A DNA stretch of 30,972 bases. Source: an uncultured Clostridium sp. Its GTDB lineage: Bacteria > Bacillota > Clostridia > TANB77 > CAG-508. The stretch is taken from contig CANPCK010000008.1 of assembly GCA_947572545.1 (NCBI GenBank), forward strand, positions 1-30,972, written 5' to 3'. Positions 29,231-30,972 of the stretch are shown piece after piece. The position numbers were made by a program, and so were the translations under genes. The notes under the pieces were generated by a model, which was not told the origin of the DNA, searched no databases, and saw only the letters and a program-made list of their open reading frames with translations. The first letter of the stretch is position 1. Every line of letters starts with the position of its first letter.

Positions 29231-30891
29231 TTTCTGTTTCTACATTCAACCTTTCAAAAAATACAAAGTGGTCATCTTTATATAATATTTTATAATTTTC
29301 AGTATCTTTTGCAAGTAACATCGTTAATTTAGAATTTTTATATGACATTACATGTGTTATTCCATATTTTTCAAAACCTTCTTCATAATACATTGCAATT
29401 CCTGAAATGCTTAAGTAATCACTAAAAATATTACAATCTTTATTAAATTCTGGAGAGTAAAGATCTGCACGTGAGTCAATAAATACTGGTATTTCTCTAA
29501 ATAACAAATAACTTCCATAGTTATAGTCATTAAACATTTTCATTTTATCCAAGTCTAAATTTCCTTTTTCTGCTTCTTCTAAAATGTAGTCAGCTGCTTC
29601 AACTGGATATGAGCTTTTGCTTATATATTCATTATCTATTTTTTTAGAATATATCGTATATGAGCATAATACAACAAGTAATATTGTAAGTATTTTTCCT
29701 TTCCATGTTAACATTAATTCTGTAAATTCTCTTACTCCATCTTTATCATATTTATCTACAAAGTTAGATACCAATGCTGTAAATGATATTCCGTCCTATT
29801 GTTATAAGCATTGAAAACTGTCTTTTCGATGTTAATGTCAATACTATTAATCCCCCTATCATAAATAGGTCTTTCAAAGATATTTTTGTATCTGTAAATA
29901 CTAATATTATAATAAGTAATACTGCTGTAATTAGTGCTCCTGTGTGATTTGCTAATACTAGCGGTTGATGTTCTGATATATTGTCTGTTGTAGTACCTAA
30001 CATTAGTTTTAATATATGTGTATATGGTTCATCTCCTAATGGTGTTAAAAGTCCCATTAGCAAGCATAATATGCAAACTAATATAAGCCATTTTGCAGCA
30101 TTTCTTTTTACTAGCTTTACTCTATATGGATTTTCTTCTCTAATTTTTAATGTTTCTTTAAATTTTATAGATTTCTTTTCTACTTCTACTAGTTTTTGCT
30201 GCAACTTTTCAATCTTTTCTTCTTTTCCTTCTTTTTTTGATAAACTTTCTATCTTACTTTTTAGTGAAAATATTCTATATCTATATACAAGATTTGAATT
30301 TCTTAAAACAATAATTAGGTATTCTGCTATATATGGCATAAGTAGTATAAAGAAGAAATAAAATACTGCTGCATGCATATTTGCAATTAATAATGCAATT
30401 ATCATTAATCCTAATACATACCTTTTCTTCTTTGTATCCAAAAAACATTCTACAAATAATATTTCTAGAATAAATAATACAAATGTTACAAGTTGTGCTC
30501 TTGCTGCTATAAAATCTCCCATTAGGAACATTACCCCTATTGTAAATACAAATGAAAATAATGGCTTTTTATTTACTTTTGTATTTGTTATATATAAGGC
30601 TACTCCCATAAGTGCACTTAAAATAACTGTTGATATATAAACTCCTGTCATCCCTCCTGCTGAATATATTAAGTATATACATACATCATATAACCAATGT
30701 GGATATGTATATTTTAAATCATGCCAAGAAAATGGATCTACTCTATCTATTCCATTCTCCATTATATGTTCTCCTATACTTATTGTATAATATGTATCAT
30801 TTTGCAATGTTTTTGGTGCCATTATTGCTGAAAATATTATTATACATATTATTGCAAGTACATGAAATTTTGCCATTGTTTTCTTGTTCAT
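29220..30891 (-). CDS. Polytopic membrane protein with conserved extracytoplasmic C-terminus; +1 at CGG on minus strand at 29791-29793
   Basis: Pieces join 'KRQFSMLITIG|G|ISFTALVSNFVDKYDKDG...IPVFIDSRADLYSPEFNKDCN'; many TM segments. Confidence 0.8.
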
Positions 30892-30972
30892 TATTTGTCT
30901 CTTCCCTCTTTCGATAAATTGAATATCATTAACTACATGTATTATATATAACAAAAGAAAAAAGGACAAGCC

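Noticed and set aside
4668-29793. The 28 frame breaks as random sequencing/assembly errors or widespread pseudogenization
   Set aside because: All are the same event (one C before an in-frame GGN), never in another phase, and hit conserved glycines in normally essential genes with otherwise intact sequence. A systematic basecalling artefact cannot be fully excluded without reads, but it would have no reason to respect codon phase.
4668-29793. Simple triplet reassignment of CGG (for example to Gly, Trp or Gln)
   Set aside because: Reading CGG as any single triplet leaves the downstream sequence in the wrong frame, and most genes stop soon after. The downstream homology requires +1.

Overview
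AT-rich Firmicutes/Clostridia-like chromosomal window with mostly housekeeping and sporulation/germination genes: tsaE-tsaB-rimI, a Lon-family protease, dxs, lexA, a SpoVB/MurJ-like flippase, a TSCPD protein, a sortase, a HIT protein, alaS, dut, a gerK-type germinant receptor operon, a prepilin-like protein, a VirD4/TraG-like ATPase, an S1-domain protein, rluB-like and rluD-like genes and a membrane protein. The main observation is that the ORF track looks full of broken genes, but every break in an intact host gene follows one rule. At each in-frame CGG codon the protein family continues only if the C is skipped, so CGGN is read as one Gly (GGN). I count 28 in-frame CGG codons in 16 host genes, and all 28 coincide with a +1 frame change. 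I count 17 out-of-frame CGG trinucleotides in host genes, and none does. I found no in-frame CGG read as a normal sense triplet in any host gene. This points to obligatory +1 frameshifting or quadruplet decoding (CGGN = Gly) at a codon that has lost its Arg meaning. The only ORF using CGG as plain Arg (three times) is a small GC-rich, foreign-looking cassette at 8349-8573, which the proposed host decoding would truncate. Also present: a decayed serine recombinase at the left edge, which has ordinary homopolymer-type frameshifts and serves as a useful contrast, an imperfect direct repeat with covarying hairpins, a dispersed 28-nt repeat and several terminators.
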